In this document: positions 48,764 through 58,556 of the stretch, piece after piece
Position numbering within the stretch: the first letter of the stretch is position 1
Layout of the letters: every line of letters starts with the position of its first letter
Assembly: GCA_038867615.1 (NCBI GenBank)
Contig: JAWBYA010000001.1
Span: 512,001-576,000 of the forward strand
DNA: 64,000 nt
Direction: 5' to 3'
Source of the DNA: Sulfolobales archaeon
GTDB taxonomy: Archaea; Thermoproteota; Thermoprotei_A; Sulfolobales; AG1
The notes under the pieces: model-generated
What the model was told of the DNA's origin: nothing
The model's database searches: none
Seen by the model: the letters and a program-made list of their open reading frames with translations, nothing else
Position numbers and translations under genes: made by a program

Positions 48764-49471
48764 TCATGCCGAGCCTAATAGATCGAGGCCGAGGGCTCTC
48801 TCTATGCTTGTCGTGATCTTGCACACAACCTCCCAGGCGTCGAGGCTCTCGCCATAGATCGAGATCCTCTCGAAACCTGCTGAGAGTATTCTTTCCGAGA
48901 ACTCCCCCTTCTGGAAGCCTCCTATCAATATATATGGTTTGAGGGATCCTGCTACCCTGCTACCAAGGATCCATGGATCCTCCCTCCTACCCTTCTCATC
49001 AAGCAGGACTACTAGGTCTGGGGATTCGCTCCTAAGATACTCGATCAGATCCCGCTCAACCAGATAGATCAAGGGCTTATCACTCCCAGGCGGGGCCGAG
49101 CCTTTGGTAAGCACCTGCTCCATAAGCCCCACAAACCTATTATAATTCCTAACAATCCTAACCCCCTCTGTAACAAAGACAAGACCATGCCTTGTCTCGA
49201 TAACAGCCCTAGCCATCCCTCTTCTCCAGAGTATCGATGATCCCAGGGTGAGGAGTGTTGTGTGTATAATATCAGGCCTACCCCTCTTAAACCAATCCCT
49301 GAGATGCCTCCTCATAGATCTATAGTGATATGATATGTCAAGCAACATCCCCCTAGGATCTACACCCCTCCTCCTGGCACTCGAGACAACATCCCTAGAT
49401 CTTACAAGCTCTGGGGGAACAAGCTCTAGAGCCGCCTCTACAAGAACGAACGTGACCATGCTTAGAGGCAA
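48764..49471 (-). CDS. nep1: 16S rRNA N1-pseudouridine methyltransferase Nep1/Emg1
   Basis: EAALELVP, LLDISYH, RGRPDIIH, RNYNRFVGLMEQ, IGGFQKG. Confidence 0.92.
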   Translation of the reverse strand: MPLSMVTFVLVEAALELVPPELVRSRDVVSSARRRGVDPRGMLLDISYHYRSMRRHLRDWFKRGRPDIIHTTLLTLGSSILWRRGMARAVIETRHGLVFVTEGVRIVRNYNRFVGLMEQVLTKGSAPPGSDKPLIYLVERDLIEYLRSESPDLVVLLDEKGRREDPWILGSRVAGSLKPYILIGGFQKGEFSERILSAGFERISIYGESLDAWEVVCKITTSIERALGLDLLGSA

Positions 49472-49716
49472 GGGATCCCTTGGGAATCTTGGTGAGCCCC
49501 GATATATTGTGCTGAGCCCTAGCCCGGCATGGTTGTGTTAGCTATAGGATCTAGAGAGGCTTGTGGGAAATAGAACAGAGGTGGTTTTCACGGGGTTAGC
49601 AGTATTTATCTATACATTCTGTTACCACGATCCGCATCATGCCGATTTTTACCGATTTATTCTATCTGTATGGTTTGTTTTTATAATATAAATCTAAGTT
49701 TTGTATTTTTAAATTT

Positions 49717-51795
49717 ATGCTTATATACCCCTATGTTTATGTATCAAGGTGGACTTTTGTGGGTGAGGAGCCCAGAATACTTGGCGAGGCCCTTCCGTTT
49801 GAGGAGAAGATAGAGCTTAAGAACTGGGCTGGGAGGCATGTTAGTATTGAGAGCTATTTCGAGTACCATAGAAAGACTCTTGAGAACTTCGATGAGTTCT
49901 GGCTCTCGGTTGCTAAGGAGCTGGATTGGTTCTCACCACCCTCAAAGGCTGTCGAGCCTGGTGACTACCCCTATGTCTATAAGTGGTTCCCGGATGGTAG
50001 GATAAACATCTCCTACCTAGCCCTCGATAGGCATGTTAGGAGTTGGAGGAAGAATAAGGTAGCCTATATATGGGAGGGGGAGCCTGTAGATCCTGATGGT
50101 AGGCCTAAGGAGGTTAAGAAATACACTTACTACGATCTCTGGAGGGAGGTTAACAGGGTTGCCTATGTATTGTCAAGGAATTTTGGGCTTAAGAAGGGGG
50201 ATAAGATCGCGATCTACCTCCCAATGATCCCTGAGCTCCCGGTATTCATGCTAGCAGCAGCAAGGCTGGGGATAATATTCACGGTAGTCTTCGCAGGATT
50301 CACTGCTGAGAACCTCGCAACAAGGATCAACGACCTCGGTGCAACCCTCCTAGTAACTGTTGATGGCTTCTATAGAAGGGGTAAGGTGATCAGGCTTAAG
50401 GATGTAGCCGACAGGGCTATTGAGAAGTCGCCAAGCATAAAGAACGTGATCGTTGTTAGAAGGCTCGGGATAGATGTGAACATGGTTGATGGGAGGGATT
50501 ACTGGCTTGACGAGCTCCTTAAGGGGGTTCCTCAGAATGCATATGTAGAGCCTGAGAGGCTTGAGAGCACCCACCCGCTATATGTTCTATACACCTCGGG
50601 GACTACTGGGAAGCCTAAGGGTATTATACATGACCACGGCGGCTATTCTGTCCTCCTCCATGCTACGATGAAGTGGGTTTTCGATGTGAGGGATGACGAT
50701 ATATTCTACTGCACAGCAGATATTGGCTGGGTTACTGGGCATAGCTATATAGTCTTCGGACCCCTGATGGAGGGGCTCACAACGGTGTTCTACGAGGGGG
50801 TTCCAGACTACCCGGCTCCTGATAGGTGGTGGTCTATGGTGGAGAGGTACGGGGTAACTGTGTTCTATACAACACCAACGGCTGTTAGAATGCTAATGAG
50901 ATATGGTGATGAGTGGGTTAGGAAGCACGATAGATCTAGCTTGAGACTGATCCACAGCGTTGGCGAGCCGATCAACCCCTCAGCATGGAGATGGCTATTC
51001 GAGGTTGTTGGTGAGAAGAGATGCCCCGTAGGATCTACATGGTGGATGACAGAGACAGGAGGGATACTGGTATCCAAAGCCCCCGGACTAGCCCTAGTCC
51101 CTCTAAAGCCTGGAGCAAACGGCCCCCCTCTACCCGGTGTGGATGCGGATGTTGTTGACGAGGATGGAAACCCCGTGGAGCCTGGTAAGAAGGGTTTTCT
51201 AGTTATAAAGAGACCATTCCCAGGCATGCCAGCACCCCCGACAGGTATGTGGGGCGATCCACAGAGATATGCTCAGGTTTATTTCGAGAGGATAAAGGGT
51301 AAGGGTTACTTCTATAGCGGGGACTATGCTGTGAAGGATAGGGATGGCTATATATGGGTGCTCGGCAGGGCTGACGAGGTTCTCAAAGTAGCTGGGCACA
51401 GGATAGGGACATACGAGCTCGAGTCCGTCCTAGTATCCCACAAGGCTGTGGCTGAGGCCGCTGTAGTGGGGATCCCTGATCCTGTTAAGGGCGAGGTCCC
51501 CATAGCATATGTGGTGCTTAAACAGGGCTATGAGCCTAGCCAGCAGATAATCGAGGAGCTCAAGGAATGGGTTAGGAAGAACTACGGACCAATAGCGGTG
51601 CCCAACAATATATTCCTAGTCACGAAGCTCCCCAAGACGAGGAGTGGGAAGATAATGAGGAGGCTTGTAAAAGCAGTTGCCACCGGAGCGCCGTTAGGCG
51701 ATATAACAACCCTCGAGGACGAGGCCGCTGTTGATGAGGTTAAAAAGGCTTACGAGGAGTTCGTAAAAGCTGTTAAGGAGAGCAGGACAGCTTAG
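49717..51795 (+). CDS. acs: Acetyl-CoA synthetase (AMP-forming)
   Basis: YTSGTTGKPKG, TADIGWVTGHSY, TWWMTETG, PKTRSGKIMRR; probable start GTG about 49759. Confidence 0.95.
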   Translation: MLIYPYVYVSRWTFVGEEPRILGEALPFEEKIELKNWAGRHVSIESYFEYHRKTLENFDEFWLSVAKELDWFSPPSKAVEPGDYPYVYKWFPDGRINISYLALDRHVRSWRKNKVAYIWEGEPVDPDGRPKEVKKYTYYDLWREVNRVAYVLSRNFGLKKGDKIAIYLPMIPELPVFMLAAARLGIIFTVVFAGFTAENLATRINDLGATLLVTVDGFYRRGKVIRLKDVADRAIEKSPSIKNVIVVRRLGIDVNMVDGRDYWLDELLKGVPQNAYVEPERLESTHPLYVLYTSGTTGKPKGIIHDHGGYSVLLHATMKWVFDVRDDDIFYCTADIGWVTGHSYIVFGPLMEGLTTVFYEGVPDYPAPDRWWSMVERYGVTVFYTTPTAVRMLMRYGDEWVRKHDRSSLRLIHSVGEPINPSAWRWLFEVVGEKRCPVGSTWWMTETGGILVSKAPGLALVPLKPGANGPPLPGVDADVVDEDGNPVEPGKKGFLVIKRPFPGMPAPPTGMWGDPQRYAQVYFERIKGKGYFYSGDYAVKDRDGYIWVLGRADEVLKVAGHRIGTYELESVLVSHKAVAEAAVVGIPDPVKGEVPIAYVVLKQGYEPSQQIIEELKEWVRKNYGPIAVPNNIFLVTKLPKTRSGKIMRRLVKAVATGAPLGDITTLEDEAAVDEVKKAYEEFVKAVKESRTA

Positions 51796-51800
51796 CTTGA

Positions 51801-51814
51801 GCTTTTCTTTTTAA
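51801..51814 (+). terminator. T-rich archaeal terminator after acs
   Basis: CTTTTCTTTTT just after the acs stop, between convergent genes. Confidence 0.4.
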
Positions 51815-51853
51815 CCTATACAGGGCAATGATCCGGTTTTGCGGGGTCTTGCT

Positions 51854-52819
51854 CTAAAAACCACCGTTGATCTCTATGAACTCCATGGTTTCGTCATAGG
51901 TTGGCATTGCTTCGGAGCATGAGTGTCTTGTAACAACTATGGCTCCTACGGCGTTGCCGAATCTCAGGGATCTATATAGATCCCAGCCTTTTAGGAGGCC
52001 GTAGAGAAGGCCTGCTATGAATCCATCGCCGGCTCCTAATCCTTTGAGATGGTTCACTATATATGGCTTAGCCCTCACAACCTCTCCCTTGCTTGTCAAT
52101 GCGATCGAGCCTTCTCTTCCGAGGGTTGCTACTAGGAGGGCTTCGCTGTTAATATCCCTCGCTGTTTTTAAAGCCTCCTCTAGATCTGTTTTTCCTGTTG
52201 CAGCCTCATACTCCGATCTATTGCCGATCATTATGTTAGCGATCTCCATGGCTTTTCTATAGTATTTCAGCCTCTCGGCCTCGCCTATGTTTCTCCAAAG
52301 GCTTGGTCTCCAGTCTAGGTTGAGCACTGCTCTAGACCCTCCTCTCCTCGCTAGCTCGAGTGCATAGTAGTTCGCGCTTCTAGATGGCTCTGCACTAAGC
52401 CCTGTACCTGTTATAACAACAGCTCCAGCAGATTCTACGGCTTCGCTTGGTATGTCTTCTATTCTTAGGAGTAGGTCGCTTGCCTTCTCTCTATAGAATA
52501 TGAATCTCCCATCCCTCCCCGGGATTATCTCTGCAAATACTATCCCCACCTTACCCTCGGGATCTTTCTTGATGAACCTCGCATCAACCCCCATCCTCGA
52601 TAGCTGTCTAACAATATACTCTCCCAGCTCGTCATCACTCACCCTGGTTATTAATGCTGATCTAAGCCCGAGTCTTGCAGCACCAACAGCTATGTTGGCA
52701 GCACTGCCTCCAACGTATCTGGCAAACCTCACTGCTTCTTCTAGCGGTGCGTAGAGATCTAGGGAGTATAGGTCTATCCCAGCCCTCCCGATCGTTATTA
52801 CATCGTACCTCTCAGCCAC
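51854..52819 (-). CDS. iolC: 5-dehydro-2-deoxygluconokinase (PfkB family)
   Basis: YDVITIGRAGIDLY, YVGGSAANIAVGAARLG, LDWRPSLW, GAGDGF, HSCSEAMPT. Confidence 0.88.
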   Translation of the reverse strand: MAERYDVITIGRAGIDLYSLDLYAPLEEAVRFARYVGGSAANIAVGAARLGLRSALITRVSDDELGEYIVRQLSRMGVDARFIKKDPEGKVGIVFAEIIPGRDGRFIFYREKASDLLLRIEDIPSEAVESAGAVVITGTGLSAEPSRSANYYALELARRGGSRAVLNLDWRPSLWRNIGEAERLKYYRKAMEIANIMIGNRSEYEAATGKTDLEEALKTARDINSEALLVATLGREGSIALTSKGEVVRAKPYIVNHLKGLGAGDGFIAGLLYGLLKGWDLYRSLRFGNAVGAIVVTRHSCSEAMPTYDETMEFIEINGGF

Positions 52820-52831
52820 TGGGATCCTGCA

Positions 52832-54592
52832 TCACCTGGCTAGATGTATTGACGGTATATCCCAGTATCCATAGGCTTTTGTACCACTATACGGGAACCT
52901 GGTCTCGACAGGTATCTCTAGCACCGATGCAACCTCTAGTGAGAGGAGCTTTCTAACCCCCTGCCTAACCTCCTCCGGGCTTGCTGCCTTCACATACTCA
53001 GCCCCATAGGCCTTGGCTATCTTCTCGAAATCTATCAAGTATTTCTCGCCGCTCTTCCTCCTAAGCTCTGTTGTGAATATCCTCTCCTTGAAGCTCCTTA
53101 TCTGGAGATCCCTTATCGATACCCAGCCGTAGTTGTTGAGCACTATGACGAGGATCGGGATCTCGTATTGGATCGCTGTTGATAGCTCTACGTTGTTCAT
53201 GAGGAAAGATCCGTCTCCCTCTATCGCGACAACCCTTGTCTTGGGCCTTGCAAGCTTAGCACCCATTGCTGCTGGTAGTGCGAAACCCATTGTTGAGAAG
53301 CCCCCGGAGCTTATGAATGTCCCGGGGTGGTAGGCTATCCATTGTTGTGAGAATATCTCCTGGGGTAGTCCTGCTGAGAGGGTTATTATGGCATCCCTCG
53401 GGATCTCTTCCCTCAGGATCTTCACCATATTTGGTATCCCCATAGGAGCCTTGGATCTCAGATCCTCTATCTCTGAGAGCCATTTCTCCTTCAGCTCCTT
53501 GAACCTTCTATACCACTCACTCTCCCTCCAGTTCCTCCTAACACCTATCTCGACAAGAGCCCTGTATAGCTGTTCCAGTGCTGCCTTTGCATCGGCTACT
53601 ATACCTATCTCTACCGGGTAGTTCTTCCCTATCTCGTGGGGATCTATATCTATATGTATGAGCTTTGTTGGGGGTATGTTGAATGTAACCCCCCTCACAT
53701 AGGAGCTCGTCGTCTCATCACTGAAAGTAACCCCCACGGCTAGGAGGACATCGGCTTCCTTAGCAAGCTCGTTTGCAACCAGGCTCCCAATATTTCCTGG
53801 GTGGAATGCGTATAGCTCGTGATCCTCTGGGAAGCCTCCCTTAGCATCGCCTCTGAAGGAGCATACTACGGGGGCTCCTAGGAATTCCGCGACTCTGACT
53901 AGATCCTCTGTGGCTCCTGACATGACTACGCCTCCTCCTATCAGGATCAATGGTCTTTCGGCTTTTAGTAAGAGCTCTGCAGCCCTTTTTATTAGAACGG
54001 GGTCTGGATATACCCTGCCCGATGGTATATATCTCCACGGATCCTCGATCTCTATCTCCATCTTATCAACCTGGACATCCATTGGGAGGTCTATGAGCAC
54101 AGGCCCTGGCCTCCCACCCACAGCCTCTTTGAGAGCGTTGGCTAGAACCCTTGGTAATTGTTTTGTGCTTGTAACAAGCCATGATCTTTTCACGAGATGG
54201 TTCATAGCATTCACATAGTCAACCCAGTTCTTCCTCTCAATCTCCTGGAAGATCCCCATGCCGAATAGATAAACCTGGATCTGCCCCGTAATGGCTATGA
54301 AGGATGAGGAATCAACATAGGCCGTGGCAAAAGCCGTTGCCAGGTTGGTAGCCCCAGGCCCTACAGAGGTTGTAACCACAGCAGGGATCCTTCTATTAGC
54401 CCTGAAATACCCGTCAGCCATATGCCCGCCCCACTGCTCATGCTTAACAGCTATTACCTCTACATCTGGCGATAGATCCTTGAGAGCGTCGAATATATTC
54501 ACATTACCATGCCCAGGGATCCCGAAGACATACCTAATCCCCGCCTTTCTGATAAACTGAGCAACTATTTCAGCACCTGAGTAGATAGGCAT
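52832..54592 (-). CDS. iolD: TPP-dependent THcHDO hydrolase (IolD-like)
   Basis: GIPGHGNV, KHEQ, TTSVGPGATN, GFSTMGF, GDGSFLM..NN; lies between iolC and iolB. Confidence 0.75.
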   Translation of the reverse strand: MPIYSGAEIVAQFIRKAGIRYVFGIPGHGNVNIFDALKDLSPDVEVIAVKHEQWGGHMADGYFRANRRIPAVVTTSVGPGATNLATAFATAYVDSSSFIAITGQIQVYLFGMGIFQEIERKNWVDYVNAMNHLVKRSWLVTSTKQLPRVLANALKEAVGGRPGPVLIDLPMDVQVDKMEIEIEDPWRYIPSGRVYPDPVLIKRAAELLLKAERPLILIGGGVVMSGATEDLVRVAEFLGAPVVCSFRGDAKGGFPEDHELYAFHPGNIGSLVANELAKEADVLLAVGVTFSDETTSSYVRGVTFNIPPTKLIHIDIDPHEIGKNYPVEIGIVADAKAALEQLYRALVEIGVRRNWRESEWYRRFKELKEKWLSEIEDLRSKAPMGIPNMVKILREEIPRDAIITLSAGLPQEIFSQQWIAYHPGTFISSGGFSTMGFALPAAMGAKLARPKTRVVAIEGDGSFLMNNVELSTAIQYEIPILVIVLNNYGWVSIRDLQIRSFKERIFTTELRRKSGEKYLIDFEKIAKAYGAEYVKAASPEEVRQGVRKLLSLEVASVLEIPVETRFPYSGTKAYGYWDIPSIHLAR

Positions 54593-54689
54593 AAGAATCC
54601 CAATTATATCTTGATGGAGAGTTAATAGCTAGCCCTTCTAAGCATTTCACATACTTTTAGCCTGGGAATATAGAATATGGGGGGAAGCC

Positions 54690-55421
54690 GTGCTTCTCAG
54701 AAACCCGAAGGTATATGATAGGCTACTACATATATTTGATTACAGGGGTTTCTCCCTCTACACCTATAGGGCTAGTAAGCGTGCTGAGCTAGTGCTAGAG
54801 CCTCTGGAGGGGAGGGAGAGGATCGTGGCAAGCCTTGGGGCTTGGTTGAGGGTTAATGGTGAAACCCTTGGTGAGAGGGATATTGCCTATATACCCATGG
54901 GTGCTAGGGCTGGGGTTGAGGTTGATGCTGGGTCCGTTGTATATATCGCGGAATCCATGGCTGTGAATCGCTATCAATTCTATGTGAAGAGGTTCCGGCA
55001 GAGCGATTCCTACGATGTCGGGGTTGAGCCTTATAGGAGGAGGGTCTATGTTACCATAGGTGAGAAGGATCCTGCTGATAGCATTATAGCAGGATATGTC
55101 GAGGGCGAGAAGGGTAACTGGACTAGCTATCCTCCCCACAGACATGATGAGAAGCCCGAGGCATATATATTCTTCGGCATGGGGGATGGTTTTGGCGTGC
55201 AGCTACTAATGGATGAGAGTGGGGAGTACGCATATGTTGTTAGGGATTACGATGTTGTCCTCATACCGAGGGGTTATCACCCTAACGTGTGCACATCGCT
55301 TGCTGGGTGTAGGTATCTATGGATAATATCAGCCCCGATAGGTAAGAGGGATCTCTCCGTAACTATACACCCGGCTTTTAGGGATATACCGATGGGTGGG
55401 TCTCATCTTAAGGTTAAATAG
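54690..55421 (+). CDS. iolB: 5-deoxy-glucuronate isomerase
   Basis: GNWTSYPPHRHD, PEAY, VLIPRGYHP. Confidence 0.88.
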   Translation: MLLRNPKVYDRLLHIFDYRGFSLYTYRASKRAELVLEPLEGRERIVASLGAWLRVNGETLGERDIAYIPMGARAGVEVDAGSVVYIAESMAVNRYQFYVKRFRQSDSYDVGVEPYRRRVYVTIGEKDPADSIIAGYVEGEKGNWTSYPPHRHDEKPEAYIFFGMGDGFGVQLLMDESGEYAYVVRDYDVVLIPRGYHPNVCTSLAGCRYLWIISAPIGKRDLSVTIHPAFRDIPMGGSHLKVK

Positions 55422-55423
55422 AT

Positions 55424-56185
55424 CTATAGATCCTCCAAGATCTTTCTCACCCTCTCAACACCGAGCCTTACAGCGCTATAGGGATCCATGGATCCCAGGG
55501 CCTCTATCTCGAGCATAAGGTATCCTTTATAGCCATAGAGATCCAGCATCTTTAGAAAGCCCTTGAAGTCGATGATACCCTCGCCAACGTTTACAAAATC
55601 CCTCTTAAACCTAACACTGCTCTTCGAAACCATAGCCCTGAGATCTTTTAGATGAACCAGAGCTATCCTGTCCCGGTATAGTTTCAAAACCTCCTCGAGA
55701 TCTATGTTAGCCGCGACCGCGTGTGCGGTATCTAAACATAGTGCTAGATCCCTGGCTTTGGTCAGGATCCTTGAGAGATCCTCGAGATCATCGTAACAGG
55801 TTCTAAGATGGTTGTGGAGAGCCACAGTAATCCCCGAGGATCTCGCCCTAAAGACATACTCCTCGAGAATCGTGTCAGCCTTCGCGCAATCCCTCTCTCT
55901 ACTAACAACCCAGTAGATCTTCGCACCCGAGCCAACGCCCCACTCTATCGATGGCTCTTTTAGATTTGAATAGGAGCCTATGTTCTCCAAACCAACCTCC
56001 CCAAGGATCCTGGCCAGGGCTTCTGGCCTCATCCTAAGCTCTCTCGGTAAAAGCCTATACTCGATCCCAACCCCCTCAACCCCTACCTCTGCTAGGAACT
56101 TAGCGACTCTTCTAAAATCATCCACACCTTTTAGAAAACCCCAGGCTATGGTTCCAACAGCTAGTCTGAAGCTCTTACCCATCAC
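55424..56185 (-). CDS. IolE-like metal-dependent TIM-barrel (inosose dehydratase/sugar isomerase)
   Basis: GTIAW, LHNH, LCLDTAH, VHLKD, GEGIIDF, MLEIE; iol cluster context. Confidence 0.75.
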   Translation of the reverse strand: MMGKSFRLAVGTIAWGFLKGVDDFRRVAKFLAEVGVEGVGIEYRLLPRELRMRPEALARILGEVGLENIGSYSNLKEPSIEWGVGSGAKIYWVVSRERDCAKADTILEEYVFRARSSGITVALHNHLRTCYDDLEDLSRILTKARDLALCLDTAHAVAANIDLEEVLKLYRDRIALVHLKDLRAMVSKSSVRFKRDFVNVGEGIIDFKGFLKMLDLYGYKGYLMLEIEALGSMDPYSAVRLGVERVRKILEDL

Positions 56186-56360
56186 AAGCCCAGCACTAGT
56201 TATTGGAGCGACTAATTATGCTTAACTATGGAACGACATAGATTAGCCGTAGCTAGCCGTAGCCAGCTGTTTCTGTTTTTGTGATGGCTTGTGTGGATTG
56301 ATATTAATTCGTGGTTCTGTGGGACATAGTATAAGCTCTATGTATTTTACAATAGATCCA

Positions 56361-56515
56361 GGAGGAGTTTTCCATAGTTATTAATCGGAGCAATGCCGTG
56401 AGGGACTATGGGCTGGGGTTTCCCCGAACAGGTGGAGGCCGAGGATAAGGATCCCGATGAAAAAGAGCTCTGAGGCTTATGAACTCGGAGGAGGTGTGTT
56501 TTGTGTAAAAAGATC
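56361..56515 (+). mobile_element. IS200/IS605 right-end remnant, copy B
   Basis: 32-mer at 56431-56462 is identical to the minus strand of 16528-16559; flanks are alignable. Confidence 0.6.
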
Positions 56516-56520
56516 GACTG

Positions 56521-58026
56521 TTACGAAGATCGAACACCATAGTATTCCTCTATGAATTCCTTAGGCGGGGGCGGTGTTGCTAGCGAAACAATGATTAGTG
56601 CAGCCACGGCTAATAGGCTGGGTAGCGTCCCTTCCCATAAGCCGAAGGGGTTGTGGGGAGCCTCGGGCCATATGACGTAGGTAAAGAGTAGAAGTGATAT
56701 GAAGCCTACTAGATAGCTTGCGAGACCTCCGTATTTGTTGGCTCTGCGCCAGAATAGCATCACTATTGTGGGCCAAGCGATCACCGCATATGCAGGCCAG
56801 GCAAGCTCATAGCCTATTATAACCATCGGTGCTTCGGGGGCTAGAGCTACTAAGATGCTGAGTAGTGCGACGCCTATTATAACCAGGGTTGTTGCTATCC
56901 TCCTCTTGCGCTCAGATATCTTAATACCTATTCCTCTTTCTATCAGGTCTATATCGACTATGGATGAGACTAGGAGTAGCATAGAATCTATAGTGGATCT
57001 GGTTATGGCTATAAGACCTAGCAGGAGTAGCACTAGGAAGGGTCCCTGGCCAAAGAGATCCATAAACAGCGAAGGAACATATCCCTCTACAACCTCTACC
57101 TCGGGCAGGTTGGAACCGTAGTATGCAGCCAGGCTGAGCCCCAGTAGTAGGGGGGATACGAAGGCACCTATAAAGAACCCCGCGTTGGAACCCATACCGC
57201 CTATTAAGACACCTTTGTAATCCTTTGCAGCGAATAGCCTAACTACTAGGTGGGGTATGAAGAGCCATGAGAGCCCATAGAATATAAGCATGGTCCAGAA
57301 GTACTGGAAGGGCTGTGTCTTCTGAAATATTTCTGGGGCTATATCTGAAGTATATGCCTTCCAAGCCAGTTTATCAAAGCCTCCCCAGAAGATGAGTGCC
57401 GCGTAGATCATGGATATAAAAGCGATTATGAAGGTCACTCCAGCTATAATATCCGCATAGGCTACGGCTCTTAAGCCACCGGCACTTATATAAATAACTA
57501 TGAAGATGACATAGAGGAATAGAAACACATGGTATGGGATCTCGCCCCCCGTTGCGGCTGATAGCACTCCTGCCGCTGGTATGTATATCATGCCTACATA
57601 GATTATCGTGGCATAGACTATCATTATAGCTAGAAGTATCCTCAGGAATCTTTCGAACCCCCCAACCCTGTGGACTATTAAATCGGTTGGCGTTATGTAT
57701 CTATAGAGCTTACCCACTCTATAGATTCTCAAACCAACCATGAACCAGAGGGCGACAAAGCTTAGGTAGAATATCATCTCCATAACCCACCACTCAAACC
57801 CCTCACTAACTATGACAGAGGGCATGCCCACAAACTCCCATGCCTCCATATATGTAGCCATGTATGTAAACATCACAGTTATTGGTGCTAACATACCCCC
57901 TGCTACATAGAACTCGTGAAGACCTCTTCCAGTCCTCCTAGCCCCTATATAGCCTGCTATCAATGTGAAGCTGAAAAAGGCTACGAGGGTTGATAGCACG
58001 ACCAAGGACCAGGGGGAGAGGTTCAT
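56521..58026 (-). CDS. Sodium:solute symporter (SSS family)
   Basis: EFYVAG, ATYMEAWEFVG, YITPTD, GGLRAVAYAD, STIDSML, WRRANKYG. Confidence 0.9.
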   Translation of the reverse strand: MNLSPWSLVVLSTLVAFFSFTLIAGYIGARRTGRGLHEFYVAGGMLAPITVMFTYMATYMEAWEFVGMPSVIVSEGFEWWVMEMIFYLSFVALWFMVGLRIYRVGKLYRYITPTDLIVHRVGGFERFLRILLAIMIVYATIIYVGMIYIPAAGVLSAATGGEIPYHVFLFLYVIFIVIYISAGGLRAVAYADIIAGVTFIIAFISMIYAALIFWGGFDKLAWKAYTSDIAPEIFQKTQPFQYFWTMLIFYGLSWLFIPHLVVRLFAAKDYKGVLIGGMGSNAGFFIGAFVSPLLLGLSLAAYYGSNLPEVEVVEGYVPSLFMDLFGQGPFLVLLLLGLIAITRSTIDSMLLLVSSIVDIDLIERGIGIKISERKRRIATTLVIIGVALLSILVALAPEAPMVIIGYELAWPAYAVIAWPTIVMLFWRRANKYGGLASYLVGFISLLLFTYVIWPEAPHNPFGLWEGTLPSLLAVAALIIVSLATPPPPKEFIEEYYGVRSS

Positions 58027-58322
58027 TCCCTCCTCACCACCTCTTTAGAACCCATACCCTTAGCCCTCTTTGTTATCACGTAGTAGTACACGGTGAAGAG
58101 TACAAAGTTCATGACGATCCATGTTATGGCGATCATTAAAGCACCAGCAACAGGCTTCGGCAAACCCCAGAAGCTTTCCTCCGGTTCCCAGACAAGCATG
58201 TTCTCAGCTACATACCAGACCAGGAAGCTGGCAAACACTAGATAGACGAGCAGCAAGTATTCCCAACGCATTAAACCACTTGGTATAACATCTATGCCAG
58301 GCTGAGCGCCTGACCCGGCCAT
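58023..58322 (-). CDS. Small 2-TM accessory subunit of the SSS transporter
   Basis: Two hydrophobic segments with an FWGLP loop; ATGA overlap with the symporter. Confidence 0.7.
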   Translation of the reverse strand: MAGSGAQPGIDVIPSGLMRWEYLLLVYLVFASFLVWYVAENMLVWEPEESFWGLPKPVAGALMIAITWIVMNFVLFTVYYYVITKRAKGMGSKEVVRRE

Positions 58323-58556
58323 AATATTACCTCGAAAAAAGTTGACATTAACTACTTTATAAATTTATATTCATAGACTTAAAATAATGTTTAAATAGGT
58401 AAACAACGTGGACATGGTGTCTCGGTAGAAGAGGGGGTGGATAATTAATGCCCGGTGTATGTGTTATTAGCAGCGTAATAGGTTTATCCTATGTTCATAT
58501 AATTATTAGTTGCGTTTAAATACCCTTTATACTGTGGACTACTTGGTGTACACCCC

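Noticed and set aside
56243-56268. Short tandem repeat TAGCCGTAGC x2
   Set aside because: Too short and has no spacers; not CRISPR-like.
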